A stretch of 60,516 bases of DNA, counting the filler, from Sphacelaria rigidula (lineage: Eukaryota): NCBI GenBank assembly GCA_964200075.2. It is 3 parts of 3 records of this genome, joined end to end, with 100 filler letters (N's around TTAATTAATTAA, not from the genome) between each part and the next. Parts side by side here need not be neighbours in the genome. Positions count along the whole stretch, not along the records: positions 40,423 to 60,516 come from CAXNAA020000569.1; 2 more parts are not named here. One strand, given 5' to 3'. Below, in pieces: positions 49,277 through 60,516 of this stretch. The notes under the pieces are model-generated. The model had not been told where the DNA came from. It worked only from the letters and a program-made list of their open reading frames with translations, and searched no databases. The translations under genes and the position numbers were made by a program. Numbering within the stretch: position 1 is the first letter of the stretch; each line of letters begins with the position of its first letter.

Positions 49277-52200
49277 CGGCAGAGTCAGTTCTCGTAGGTA
49301 TTAGCCCAGTTGCATCTCACTCTTGTCTCTTGTGTCGTTCCTAGTTCAGTTCGAGGTTTTGTCTATTTGTTCCTGGTTTTCGGTGAGCGTTTTTTTTCTG
49401 TTTCGCTGCAGTAATTTGTAGCTGAAACGCGTGCTACTCCGAAATTGAGGGGAGGGGGGGGGGGGGGGGGGGGAGGGGGGCGACCGCAAAGGGTGAAGGG
49501 TTGGGGGGGTGCGGGGAGTTCGGTGCAAATTGGGGGTGTTGCCAANNNNNNNNNNTGTGGTTCGTGGGTTGTGTTTGCGGGTTTGGCGGGGCGTCGGTGT
49601 GGGGGGGGGTGGGGTGGGGGGGGGGGGGGGGGCGAACGGTACGTACGCTAAGGTTGAACGCTGTGAGAAGTACGCGGATTTCGTTGCAATTTCGGCGGTT
49701 TGCCGAATCGTTCTCCCTCCATTCGTGTATCGTGAATAGTATCGTGTGCGTACATGTGAGTTTCTCCCCTATACGTTTTTTGTTGTTGTTGCATTTTGAT
49801 GAAAGTCTCCTCTTAAGTTTCCACGTGTGTTGTTTCTGTGTCGTCTTTGTGTGGGATCTTGATTCATTCTGCGTAGGCCTCGTCTTCACGAAAGAAGGAA
49901 AATCGTATATCACTGTGATGATTAGGGAGACAGACTGGCGAGCAGCTCATTCTTGACCATCATCATTTCACGTTTGGAGCTTTCATTCTCAACCCGATAT
50001 GACTGCGAAACGGAACGTACAATGGTTGCCGTAAGAGAGGTAGTTGCTATTCTTCCTCCCGTTTTCACAGTTACTTCTCGTTTTCTTTCTCCCGCTGAGA
50101 TGGGACCATGGTGACTTGTAGTTACGGGAGCCACTGTCACGTGAGGTGTATTTTCATCGGGGCGTTCTTCAGCTGTTGTTCAGCAAAGTGTGTCTGGACT
50201 GGAGCGAAGTCTTTGGCGTATTGTGGGTCGTTCGCCCATGGCTCGAGCGTATTTACACCCGAGGAAATCCGGTGAATATTCGTCGCCTACTTTGTGATGA
50301 TCCTTGTGACGATGTGGGAGTGCTTGACCACAATTTTCTTCCTTCTCTATATGAGTTCCATGGAACGAGAGAAAGAACTGGCGCCGACGCCTGAGTAAGC
50401 AACAAACGTTAAGACCATCCTACTCCGAACGGTCAACTTGGGGTATAGAGCGTGGAGTTGGAATTTACGGGGTGTTGGGGCCTGTCGCCGTATATGTTTC
50501 TCACGTGTTACTACGGCCAGTGCTCTTTGGGTGGGACTAACTTCTCCCGCCGCCAGCCCTTCAGCCGTTCCTGTACAATCCGGATGTTTGAGCGGGCCCT
50601 GTTCAAACGACTTGGGGGGGGGGGGGGCATTTGGAAAGAGCGCACTTGAACAGGTCGCTATATTTTCGTAGGATAGCTAGCAGGGTTAGGGCGGATCGTG
50701 CGTTGCGGTTTGTGTGTATCATCCGCGCTTGAAGTTGCATTTTTTTCAATTGTGGTTCGCTGTGGTGTAGTGCTGCTCCTGGTGTCGGGCACGGGCAGTG
50801 GCGGAGGCGGGGAGGAGGGGGAGGGGAAGGTCAAGACGACATGTGATACAACGTCTACAGCAGAAACGTTTGTTGCTCTATGTAATTATCCAACAGGGCA
50901 GCATAGAATGGCCTCGTTTCTGGTGAACGTCTACGCATTTGATGAGTGCGATGTTTGCGTACGTCCACCTTCCAGCGTCGTCCTGAACGGGCACTATACA
51001 GTGCCTGGGAATGTGGGTACTTTTTTTTTGTGTGTGTACTTTGGCAGGGACCCTTGGGTCTCGTTTCAGGGTTGGCTTTTTCCTGGATACTTGTGGAAGC
51101 ACCTTTTACTCCGAGTTTTGGCCGTCGCCTTAGTTCGTTTGTTGACTGTAATTCTTTCGCTTCTGTTTTACCTTGAGGAATGTCTTGGTCAGTGTATAAC
51201 TTCGGGGTCGAGCCGATAGTGCATGACTTTCTTACACTGTGCTGTCTTCTCGTCGTTCTCTTGGGGGTTATAGGCGTGCATTTACGTGTCTTCAGTTGTT
51301 CATTTTTTCTCATTTGCCTGGCGGTACGGTATTCATACATCACCATGCAGCTATCTCGTTTTTTGCTATGGGCTCGCTCACTCATGGAACAATGTTCGCT
51401 CTGACCGTGTTGCGTTGTGCTGTTTCGTGCCGTGTTGTAACGTCTTGTCCGTATTCGTACCAGCGTGTATACTAGATTGTGTCTCGTAGTTTCTGTTCTG
51501 TTGCGGGTGACTTTTTTCTCTTCTTTTCCATTTTCGACACGTTGCTCCTGCGATGTATCATCTGTCCTTCTTGACGTCCATATTTCGAGTTTGTCTGTTC
51601 CGTCAATATGACGTTCATATTTGGAGTTTGGGATGGTGCATCTCTCGTGGTGTCATTTTCCACCGGGATGATCTTCCAACCCTTTGGGCCTCGAAAGTTC
51701 ACCGATTTTTTCGAGTCGGTTTCATTCTCCAGTTCAATCATATTAGAAGGATCCGTACACCTCCATCCCTAGCTTTTTTTTTTTTTAAAAGTGGTGACGT
51801 GAATGATAACATCGTTGCCCGTACCTTTCCGTGCGGGATCTAGGGGAGAGACGGGTTCCGACTAGTACGGCTGGATAGTGACGGTTCTAAGCGTCTTGTT
51901 CGGTTTACTTGCCAGCCAATTGGGTACCGACAGCTGTCGTGTATGTGAGGAGGACGGATTGCTGTGTCTTTTTTCAGCTTTTTTCCCCCTTGTTTTGTAC
52001 AGTACAATTTTGTACAACTTCAAATGCTCGTGAAATAACTCGTTTTTTTTATATGTATTTTTGGTCTACATCATGTGTAGGATGGGCAGGGTAATCCGTC
52101 AACCAACATAGTGTTTGTATGCGTATTATTTGTTTTTTGCCGTTCTTGTGCATGGCGCCGACCCGATTCTTGAGTGGATACATGGAAGGTGTACGGGGTT

Positions 52201-53036
52201 CTGCCGGGGGCTTCCGTGTAGGCTCGGAATTGAAAGCGAGTACGACTGATACCGTGCATATACTACGCGTTGGTTTTCCAGGAGTTTTCAGCAGGGGAGT
52301 TAAATAGAGCCGAATGCCGTGAGCTGATAGAGGGGTCACACGGTTGGCAAAAGATGTGGAGATGATGTGGCTTCAAATAATGGACGTTTATCGAGCGTTC
52401 TCGTTATTTCCTTCCTGTTGTTGGTGGGTGGCGTTTACCACAATGATGGTGGAAGGGAAGATACAAATGAATATGATGCTGCTGCTGATGATGACGATGC
52501 AACTTTTCCTTGCTCTCATTACGAGGGATATTGAGCGATATGAACAAAGTGAACAGCCCCACGCTAAAATTGAAAATAACATTTTTCGGAACAGAACCTG
52601 ACTTCTTCAACGCGGCGCACACTGCTGTAGCGTGCAACTTCACATGGAAGTACATGGGTCGTTGCCTGTGGTTTACACACGCATAGCTGATATTTCAGCC
52701 CTCTGCAACGCTGACGACGTGCCTGTGACCGTGCCTCCCGAACTAGGCACATCTACAGTACGAGCAATGTCTGGATGGCTTTTGTACGGATAGTCATTTT
52801 CGAAAGGGTATCCCAGTAAACATCTGTGATCGTCTACGAGCGCAGCACCCCCCCAGGTGTTCCATGTCGAAGTGCGTGTACCGGCGTTTTCAGATGTACC
52901 TCAACTCACGATGCCGAACTCCGGGCGGCGAGATAGCTATCATTAGTCGTTTAGGGCGTATCGCCAATATTGCTCAAAACCTGAACAGTCGCCTTGTTTG
53001 ACTTGCATGCATCCCCGAACGTGCCTCTGATGCGTA

Positions 53037-53377
53037 CGAGCTGGGCCAGCCTAGAGGTGGATTCGAAGTTTGCAGGCCCATGCTCTTTTATACATTTAGA
53101 GTTGGGCCCTAAAATTTGGTATGGACAGTGCATAGAGCATACGAAAAAAATTACTGAAGTACCAAAAGTTTTTTTTTTCATGAGTTAAGGGCATTTTGGT
53201 GATACCTGAAAACCGATTATTGCCCTTAACTCATGAAAAAAAAAACTTTTGGTACTTCAGTAATTTTTTTCTTATGCCCTATGCACTGTCCATACCAAAT
53301 TTCAGGGCCCAACTCTAAATGTATAAAAGAGCATGGGCCTGCAAACTTCAAATCCGCCTCTAGGCTGGCCCAGCTCG
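53037..53377. mobile_element. Palindromic 341-bp derivative of MITE family M (two right ends in inverted orientation)
   Basis: TA-CGAGCTGGGCCAGCCTAGAGG ... CCTCTAGGCTGGCCCAGCTCG-TA. Arms of about 155 bp pair closely around a short spacer near 53194-53220. Confidence 0.9.
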
Positions 53378-53822
53378 TACGTGAACAGGGTGGGTGTCGA
53401 GTATCTTCTACGCATAGAAGTTACGAGTTCAGAACAGGCCTGACCGATTTCAAGCCAAGTGGAGACGGCATGTACACGTTTCATCACGCGGTGCTACTGA
53501 GATGAACAACGTGTGGTTACGAAGAGTATATTGTGGAGATCCAACCGGTTGGCACGTGACAAATCTTTGCTCACGGCGTCGACAACGCCGCAGTTGTCGA
53601 GGCTCGTCGGGTTCTTCACATGAAGAATATCACCCTGGGGATGATTCCAAATCCCACCCTCGGTTCTCATGTGAACCGCGGCGGCCATGCCGTCAGAAAA
53701 AAAAATCCGTGAGATCTTCCTCGAAAAAGGATATCGTACAGCAGTGCGGGGCTTTGTTGATCGATTATTATTTTCTTATTTTCTTATTTTTTCATTTCAT
53801 TTGCCGCACTTTGAACCCCTCT

Positions 53823-54092
53823 CCTTCCTCGGGATGAGTCCGTGGTCTCAAGCGATCAAACCATCTCTCCCCCGGTACACGCCTTAAATTTTGGTCTCGC
53901 GGATTGGGTCAGCACTCCCGCACCGAGTCAACTCACGTCAAACAAACCCAGCCGACTACTTTGTTTACTCACGTTCTTACGATTTCCACGGTCGAAATCA
54001 GACATTGCGAAGAAAAAACCCATAGCATCGGGAATAGAACCCTCGTTCTCTCCACCCTAATGGCGACAGTCGGACCAGTACACCACCGGGGC
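53823..54092 (-). mobile_element. tRNA-derived SINE-like element (family B), copy 2
   Basis: Minus strand GCCCCGGTGGTGTACTGG (A-box) ... GGTTCTATTCC (B-box). Body CCTTCCTCGGGATGAGTCCGTGGTCTCAAGCGATCAAACCATCTCTCCCCCGGTACAC is shared with the other copies. Confidence 0.68.
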
Positions 54093-54387
54093 TCGGCGGC
54101 ATCATTGACTGATCGATTGTCACAGTCACTGATCACGAGGGACCCGGCTGTGGTCACGAGACAGACGTACCTGAGGTAAACCAAACAATATCTTCCTCCG
54201 AAGAAGATAGTCTGCAGCAGTGCGGGATATTCTGAATAGAGAAAACCGAGGTTGGCGTGTTTGCGTGGCCCCGGATGTATTCGTACTCTGTGTGTAAACT
54301 ACGTTAGTTGGGGTATGAGCAAAGAAACACAGCACCCTCCAGTCGTTCTCGAAAGGACTCTTGATCTGTACATGAAAAACAAGAGGA

Positions 54388-54672
54388 GTTCGACATGCTG
54401 GAATGACTTGCTTCACTTCGTGTTTTCCGATGGCCGCGGTTTTTACTTCGGCCAAACAAGTTTTTTGTCCAAAAATGGCCAAATCCAGAGAAAAAAAAAA
54501 TAATAATTTGCCCGTTCTTGACTTTTCTTAGCCAAAAATGCAAGTTTGGCCAAAAACAAAACTGCAGCCACCGGAAAACGCGACGATGTCCTGAAACCGT
54601 CTCAACGCGTAGAGCAAGTCATTCCAAGATGTCAGACTCTGCTTAGCTCTCTTCTAGGGCGTAAAACGACGA
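54388..54672. mobile_element. Foldback family F, diverged copy 2
   Basis: TTCGACATGCTGGAATGACTTG...TTCCGATGGCCGCGG and ...GCAGCCACCGGAAAACGCG...CATTCCAAGATGTCAG...TAGCTCTCTTCTAGGGCGTAAAACG match copy 1. Confidence 0.7.
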
Positions 54673-54774
54673 AGAAGGACCGAAAAAGCATTTTCGCACA
54701 GGACTTTTTGGTTTGTTTGACATGTGGCCGCTCCTTATATCAGGCAAAAATAAAAATGTGGAAAAGTGCCTTTT

Positions 54775-55970
54775 TGGAGCTTCGACGTTGTTTTGCGCCA
54801 TAAAAGAAATCTACGAGCTGGGCCAGCCTAAAAACGGATTTAAGCTCTATAAAAAATCTCATCGACACAGACGAGTTGGGCCATGATCCGCATATCGTAT
54901 GAATCGTCTCATCAAGGGGAAGGTGCCCATCTGCTCAAAAGTTTGAGCCCGTATTTTCTCGTTGATCAAACCCCATGTCTGGTAATTCCTATACCGAAGG
55001 GAGATGGCGCCGATACTAAAATCTCCATGAAACTCCCGATCGATGCATTTAGCGGATGGTGACGAATTTTGGTGCGGGGAACCACAAAAGAGTGCCAAAT
55101 GAAAAAAAATGGGCCTTCAATTTTTTTTTCTTCATAGAGGTTGGGGCGTTCTCGTGAAGAAATGGTCTTTACCATACTAGAACGCCCTAAACCAGTGAAA
55201 AAAATTGAAAAAAATCAACCTGACCCACTTTTTTTTGTTGATTATGCCTTAGAGGGCGCCCACACAAAGTTTCAATATACCAAAACCAAACGTGGGCCGG
55301 TGAGTAGCCTGTGAAATACTGTTCCGAATTCCTACCGACCCGGTTTTCGATAGGCCCATGCTTTTTTATACATCCAGAGTTGGACCCTGAAAATTGGTAT
55401 GGACAATGAATAGAGCATGAAAAAAAATTATCTCGGTACCAAAAGGGTTTTCAGGTATCAGTAAAATGCTTTCAACTCATTAAAAAAAAAACTTTTGGTA
55501 CCGAGGTAATTTTTTTTTTCATGCCCTATTCATTGCCCATACAAAATTTCAGGGTCCAACTCTAAATGTATAAAATAGCATGGGCCTGCAAACTTCAAAC
55601 CCGCCTCTAGGCTGGCCCAGCTCGTAGGCGGATTTCGACACCTTGGAATGCCCTGCGGTACTGGTTGAGGCGGTTCCAGCATACCTGTGCGTTTTTTTCC
55701 GTCGGCCGCAATTTCTTCTTGCCCAACCTTGCATGTTTCTTGGAGACCACTCATTGTTGCTGACCGGTCAGCGTTTCTTGAGGATTTGATTCGTCTCCGA
55801 GGAAAATGAGCGGTCTCCGAAAAAACTCAAGTTTGGGCAAGAAAAAAACTGCGACTACCGGAAAAACGCACAGGTGTGCTGGAACCGTCTCAACCAGTAC
55901 AGCAAGGCATTCCAAGATGTTAAGACCCGCCTAGCTCTCTTTTAGGCCGTCAAACGACGTTGAAGCTCCC
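54775..55970. mobile_element. Foldback family F, copy 3, interrupted by the 811-bp family M MITE
   Basis: Removing 54814-55626 restores GCGCCATAAAAGAAATCTAGGCGGATTTCGACACCTTGGAATGCC, the left arm of copy 1. The right arm ends ...CCGCCTAGCTCTCTTTTAGGCCGTCAAACGACGTTGAAGCTCC. Confidence 0.8.
54814..55624 (+). mobile_element. Tc1/mariner-type non-autonomous element (MITE family M), 811 bp, TA target duplication
   Basis: TIRs CGAGCTGGGCCAGCCTA ... TAGGCTGGCCCAGCTCG, flanked by TA at 54812-54813 and 55625-55626. No transposase ORF. Internal palindrome at about 55352-55586. Confidence 0.88.
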
Positions 55971-56068
55971 ATCTCTCGAACCCACGGTCACAGACGTAGG
56001 CTCGCCTTTCCAGTACCGTCACTACTATTGCTTGCATCAGACACAAGCGCTCACTGAGAAGCTTCTTT

Positions 56069-56646
56069 TCAGACTCCGAGCTACACACAAAAGAGAATAA
56101 TTTCACGGTTCGGACGAATCACCGCCGGTTCGAATAACAAAATCCACGATTTTTCAGGGCTGGTTGCTCGAAAGATGGACAAAAAGTTGACCGCTGGACA
56201 AAAAGGTCGTCACGCAATTTTTGCGCCATCCCAGGTGCCTGGGCTGCGCGTACTGGTTTGCAACGCCGAAAACAAAGCTTGAGGATTGATTCGTACGACA
56301 GGAATCAATCACACTAAAATCAAGTATTTCCAGACGAATCATTCATTCATCCGACCCTTGAAATCTTTTGATTCATAGCATCAGTGGCCGATCTGTGGAA
56401 AGAAATACTTCATTCAACAAGTGTACGTTAATATGATGATGTTGCAAAGTCAATACCCGCACCTTCTTCATAATCTCCAAGAACTCTAGAGCCTCCTCGC
56501 CGGCCCTGTTCTTGCTGAAGTGCGTGAGCACAAAATTGCAGGCAACCAGCCCCGGCTCTATCTTGCGAGTTATCATATCGCGAAATACTTCCACCGCCGC
56601 TTTGCTCCGACCCGCTCGCGCGAGAGCATTTATTGCCGTGCTGAAG
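56069..56646 (-). CDS. 3' exons of a pentatricopeptide repeat (PPR) protein; upstream exons not located, probably beyond the window end
   Basis: Exon complement(56463..56646) lies between a long polypyrimidine tract plus CAG and an AAG|GTGCGG donor. It encodes FSTAINALARAGRSKAAVEVFRDMITRKIEPGLVACNFVLTHFSKNRAGEEALEFLEIMKK, about two 35-aa PPR motifs. A tentative terminal exon complement(56069..56080) after TGTGTAG adds LGV-stop, giving the PPR-like MKKLGV. Confidence 0.75.
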
Positions 56647-57987
56647 CTGCTCCGAGGGGAGAAGAAGACAAATACAAGAGAAGACGAGAAAATGTGAACG
56701 AAAAGAGAGAGGGGAGGAAGGGAGGGTGAGGGGGCAAAGAATGAGAAACAAAAAAAAGGGACACACAGGGGGGAAAACGAAAAAAAAACACAGGAAAAAC
56801 AATTGATGACGGGCGCAGGGATGGCGAAGGAGATCACTGTTGTTGTAAGTTCACATACTGGTATGTTACATGGAAGATGTCCCTTACTGTTGTCTCTCGT
56901 ATGTCGATGTTCTTGTGGAGCTCGCCAAGCATTCACATATACTATAGGTGTACATCTCAAGGGGACGCGATATTTTTTTTTTGCGACGAACCCAAGCACT
57001 TCATCTCGACCCTCTCTAAGCGTCCACAAGTGGACCGACACCGGAGCAGGAAAAAATACGTTTCAGGACCCTTTTGGGCCTCAGGATGTGTTATTGCTGC
57101 ATGAACGCAGATATGACGAGCGTCTTCTTTTTTTTTTGGGGGGGGGGAGGGAAAGTGGCTCTACAATAAACCAATCACACCAGGGGAGGGGGGGGTGATC
57201 AAGCGGCCAGCGACCGAAACGGGGAGTTTTTTTTTATTCATAGACAAAAAGCAAGCGTCGGACAAAAAATAATTCGCCCGAAAATTGCTTGCTTCTAGTA
57301 CAATTGATCGGTACCGTTCGGATCAATCATTAGGCCTTGTTTTCAGCACTGCACCCCAGGTGCGAGCACCTACGCGCACCCCACGCAAAGAGATTTCTTT
57401 GACCCGCTGTCCTCATTATTTTCTTCCTTCTCTCTTTCGAGCAATCAGGCCTCGGAAATCGTAGATTTGGTGAGATTCGAAACAAGCGATGATTCACGAA
57501 TCCGACACTTGACCAATAAAAAGCGTGCCAAGACGAAACACATGTAGCTAGACCTGTGCTATACTATGATCGAGTACTTCTACGGAGGCCAAAGTGACAC
57601 GGGTGTAGGGAGTGTTTATAAGACGATCTGGATCTTTATCTGAGATATATTATCTTCTTCTTGACGATAGGTAGGGAAAATCTTCATATTCTATTGCGAT
57701 TATTGATCATGTGGCCTTGGTGCACGAGGAAGGCATACGGAGAAGAAACCGCGTTCATCACCCCGTTCAAGTAGGGGCAAGGAACACAGCCAACCCCGTC
57801 CAATACACAAACACCAACAAGCAGCTGCGAGATCAGGTAAACGGAGGGTATCTGACGACTGCTGTACACTCAACAGTTCACACGTTGGACAGGTCATGAG
57901 CTACCTCAGTATGACTTCTTCTTAGCAAATGATGTTGGTGTGTGTGTGTTGGGGGGGAGGGGAGTATGTCGGTTTCGTAGAGTGATT

Positions 57988-58195
57988 CAAGGGCAGGTCG
58001 CGTAGGGTATACCCGATATTTTGGTATTTTGAAAAGCGGCACATCACCTGCCTAAGTTATATACAACAATTTGTATAGGCTTTAGAGGAGGGGGCCATAG
58101 CACTGGGCTGGCTGCTGCTGTGGGCATGGGTCGGAACTCCACTTCACTTTTCGAAATACCACAATATCGGGTATACCCTACGCGACCTGCCCTTG
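57988..58195. mobile_element. hAT-type MITE, 208 bp, about 45-bp TIRs, perfect 8-bp TSD GAGTGATT
   Basis: CAAGGGCAGGTCGCGTAGGGTATACCCGATATT... and ...AATATCGGGTATACCCTACGCGACCTGCCCTTG. GAGTGATT at 57980-57987 and 58196-58203. An 8-bp TSD is typical of hAT elements. Confidence 0.9.
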
Positions 58196-58815
58196 GAGTG
58201 ATTGATCGATTGACTGATGTCGCACATTAACTGATCCCCGAGGGACCCAGCCCACGGTCATGATCCACAAGGTAGACGTACCAAATCAATGTAGACAAAA
58301 ACGGAAACGCTCGCTGAAAAAAAAAGAGTGGACAAAACAGAAACACAGAAAAGAGCAGAGTAAACTGAAGGTAAAAAAAAAAAAAAAATGAAGCAGAGCA
58401 GAGCAAAACAAAAAATGAAAGCAAAAAACTATAATTGATAATTGATCAGTCTCTCCGCAACGTGGCTTCAACTGCAAAAGGTCAAAAGGTCTAGAGCGCA
58501 AAAAAACACGTGCACTCATATCCACAAGAAGAGAAGAAAGGAACTTGTTGCTCAGCTGTACGTGGGTGCGTGATAAAAAACTGCCCATTGTGAGTGTACT
58601 TTTCCCGTGAACACACACACAAACCGGTGAAAAATTCCAAGGTTGTGTTTTGTTTAGATAGGGTATACCCGGAAGCGGGAGATTTTTGCCCAGCACACTA
58701 AGCCGTGCCGGAATGTGCATCGAGCATTCCGGTATGGTTTGACATGGTATCGAGCCCTCTTCCGAACGCTCTGGTACGATTCGGAAAGGCACTTTTCGTC
58801 AAAACACCTATTTCA

Positions 58816-58900
58816 TGATTGATTGATGATTTGATTGATTGTCGCACTTCAACTGACCACCCAGGGGTCCAGCCGTGGTCTCATGACAGACGTACCCAAG
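58816..58900 (-). mobile_element. Short retroposon-like 3' end with (CAAT)n tail; related copies at about 4213-4302, 6596-6690, 54103-54178 and 58201-58285
   Basis: Recurring + strand pattern (GATT)n ... ACTGA ... CAGCCG(C/T)GGTC ... GACAGAC(G/A)TACCCAAG. A simple-repeat tail with variable truncation suggests non-LTR retroposon ends (inference). Confidence 0.55.
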
Positions 58901-59141
58901 AAGAACGAAACTGAAACACGCTCTAGGGAAAAAAAAAAAAAAGGGAAAAAAACAGGAACAGAAGAAAGAGAAAAAAAAAAAAAAAAAAAACAAAATTATA
59001 AATAAGTAAAAAAACCGACTTTTACCACCGTGTAAATACCCGGATTTTCAGCCCGTATACCCTACAGAACATACCCTTGGAAAATAAAATTCTACGTGCT
59101 CGTGAGGTTTCCGGTAAAATACAAGGCACCTGTAGAAAAAA

Positions 59142-59203
59142 ATGTGTGAACGTGTGTGAACGTGTGTGAACATGTGTGAACGTGTGTGAACATGTGTGAA
59201 CGT
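59142..59203. repeat. 10-bp minisatellite (RTGTGTGAAC) x6
   Basis: Read directly. Confidence 0.9.
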
Positions 59204-59250
59204 GTACGTGTACGTGTGTCTGTGTGTGTGTATTTCTCTTGCTTCTAACT

Positions 59251-59645
59251 CCTCCCTTTGCTTGGACGAGTCCACGATCTCATGGTATTGACCCATCTCT
59301 CCCGTGGTACATGTCTTACATTTTGGTCTCCCGAAATGGATCGACACTCCTCATGCACACGGCGTCGAATCTCATCTTCACGAACTCAGCAAAACGGACT
59401 CCGTGTTTTTCGCTGTGCTACTCACATACGTCCTCACGCCTTCAACGACGGAAATCGAGTACTTTTTTTTTTAAAGCTAAACTGGACGCATCTAGCAAGA
59501 TTCGGATCCGCGTATTCCACGCCCCATTGATGTCCGTTGTACCATTACACCGCTACAGGGACGCCGCGGCTTGAGTGCGTGTCGAAAACTCGTTTTTTTG
59601 CTGTGCTACTCACGTACGTCATCACGCCTTCAACGACGGAATTCA
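59251..59645 (-). mobile_element. SINE family B body, headless, with an internally repeated block
   Basis: GGACGAGTCCACGATCTCA...CCATCTCTCCCGTGGTACA matches family B. GCTGTGCTACTCAC.TACGTC.TCACGCCTTCAACGACGGAA occurs at about 59412 and 59600. Confidence 0.6.
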
Positions 59646-60516
59646 GTCGACGCGGTGCAGGAGGGCTCCGTGACACCAAACTGCGAGGCGTGTGCTGCAT
59701 GCACATCGGGGGAGAGAGAAATAGATTGATCTCCTGAGATCATGGACTCGTCTCGAGGAAGAGGAGGGGTTAAGGTTAAAAGTTTGCCAAAGATAGGAAA
59801 TTTTAATGAAAATAATAGGGCAATCGCCAATAAAAGGTATAAAAGGTATATACTCCCGTTTTTTTGCCCAAAAAAGGTACGAAAACTGACCAGAAAAAGC
59901 GAAAATAGCCAAACACACAATCTAGACCGTTTTCGCTCCGAATTTGTCACGCACATCAATCGGGGGGCTCCTTAGCACCCGGGCCTCGAAAACAAAACAG
60001 AAGAAAAAATGTGTTACCTGTGATATACGGCCATGCGCAAGAGGACGTCTCCCGTCGAGAAGCCACGTCCCCTTTCTAGGCCAAATGTCCATCAGGTGTA
60101 CCTGATCCTAGAATCATTTTTATTTCGTACCTTATCTCGGTCACCAGTCGGCCGAGAATGTACCTGTCCTGGGCCATCGCTTGCTACACTGTACCTGATA
60201 CGGCACACTGCGCGCCAGGGAGTCCACGCGCCAACTCCTACCACGGCGCCCACACTTTCGGCTTTTTCTCCTCCCGCTCATATGCCGTTCACGGACGCCA
60301 CAACGATCACGTCCCTTTCTCCCCGGAAATGGTGCCCGAATCTCTCCGCATCGACACAAGAACTGGACTCACAACTCACAACGCGTCGGTTTTTTGTGCT
60401 TGCGGGGGGTTATGCAACATCGTGCTGTTGCGATCTCGGGGCTGGTGTCAAGGTCAAGCTAGGCTCCTCCGTCACCAAGCGAACGGTGATCACGTCATCG
60501 ATGATTGGTCCAAGGA

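Noticed and set aside
53575-53634. Possible further PPR exon on the minus strand (GDILHVKNPTSLDNCGVVDA)
   Set aside because: It has AG/GT borders but no PPR character; the nearer LGV-stop exon fits better.

Overview
Eukaryotic, intron-rich, repeat-dense genomic DNA. Gene content and gene structure point to a brown alga (Phaeophyceae); this is inferred, not proven. Almost all ORFs in the supplied track are spurious. Manual splicing gives three frame-consistent + strand genes and the 3' end of a fourth on the - strand. (1) 11863-17023, 7 exons, 414 aa: secreted copper lytic polysaccharide monooxygenase (AA15-like, His1 brace) with an acidic Pro/Glu linker and a C-terminal CBM1 cellulose-binding module. 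(2) 22238-37416, 9 exons, 407 aa: secreted protein with two tandem lipocalin domains; its first intron is GC-AG. (3) 42577-49276, 3 exons, about 390 aa: low-complexity protein with a PP1-docking RVxF-like motif. (4) 56069-56646 (-): last exons of a PPR protein. Introns and intergenic DNA hold non-autonomous mobile elements: a TA-target Tc1/mariner-type MITE family (including a palindromic derivative and a nested insertion that shows the TA duplication), a 208-bp hAT-type MITE with an 8-bp TSD, foldback elements, two tRNA-headed SINE-like families, (CAAT)n-tailed retroposon ends and microsatellites. Two 100-bp gaps carry an artificial TTAATTAATTAA linker, so adjacency across 20118-20217 and 40323-40422 is not guaranteed.
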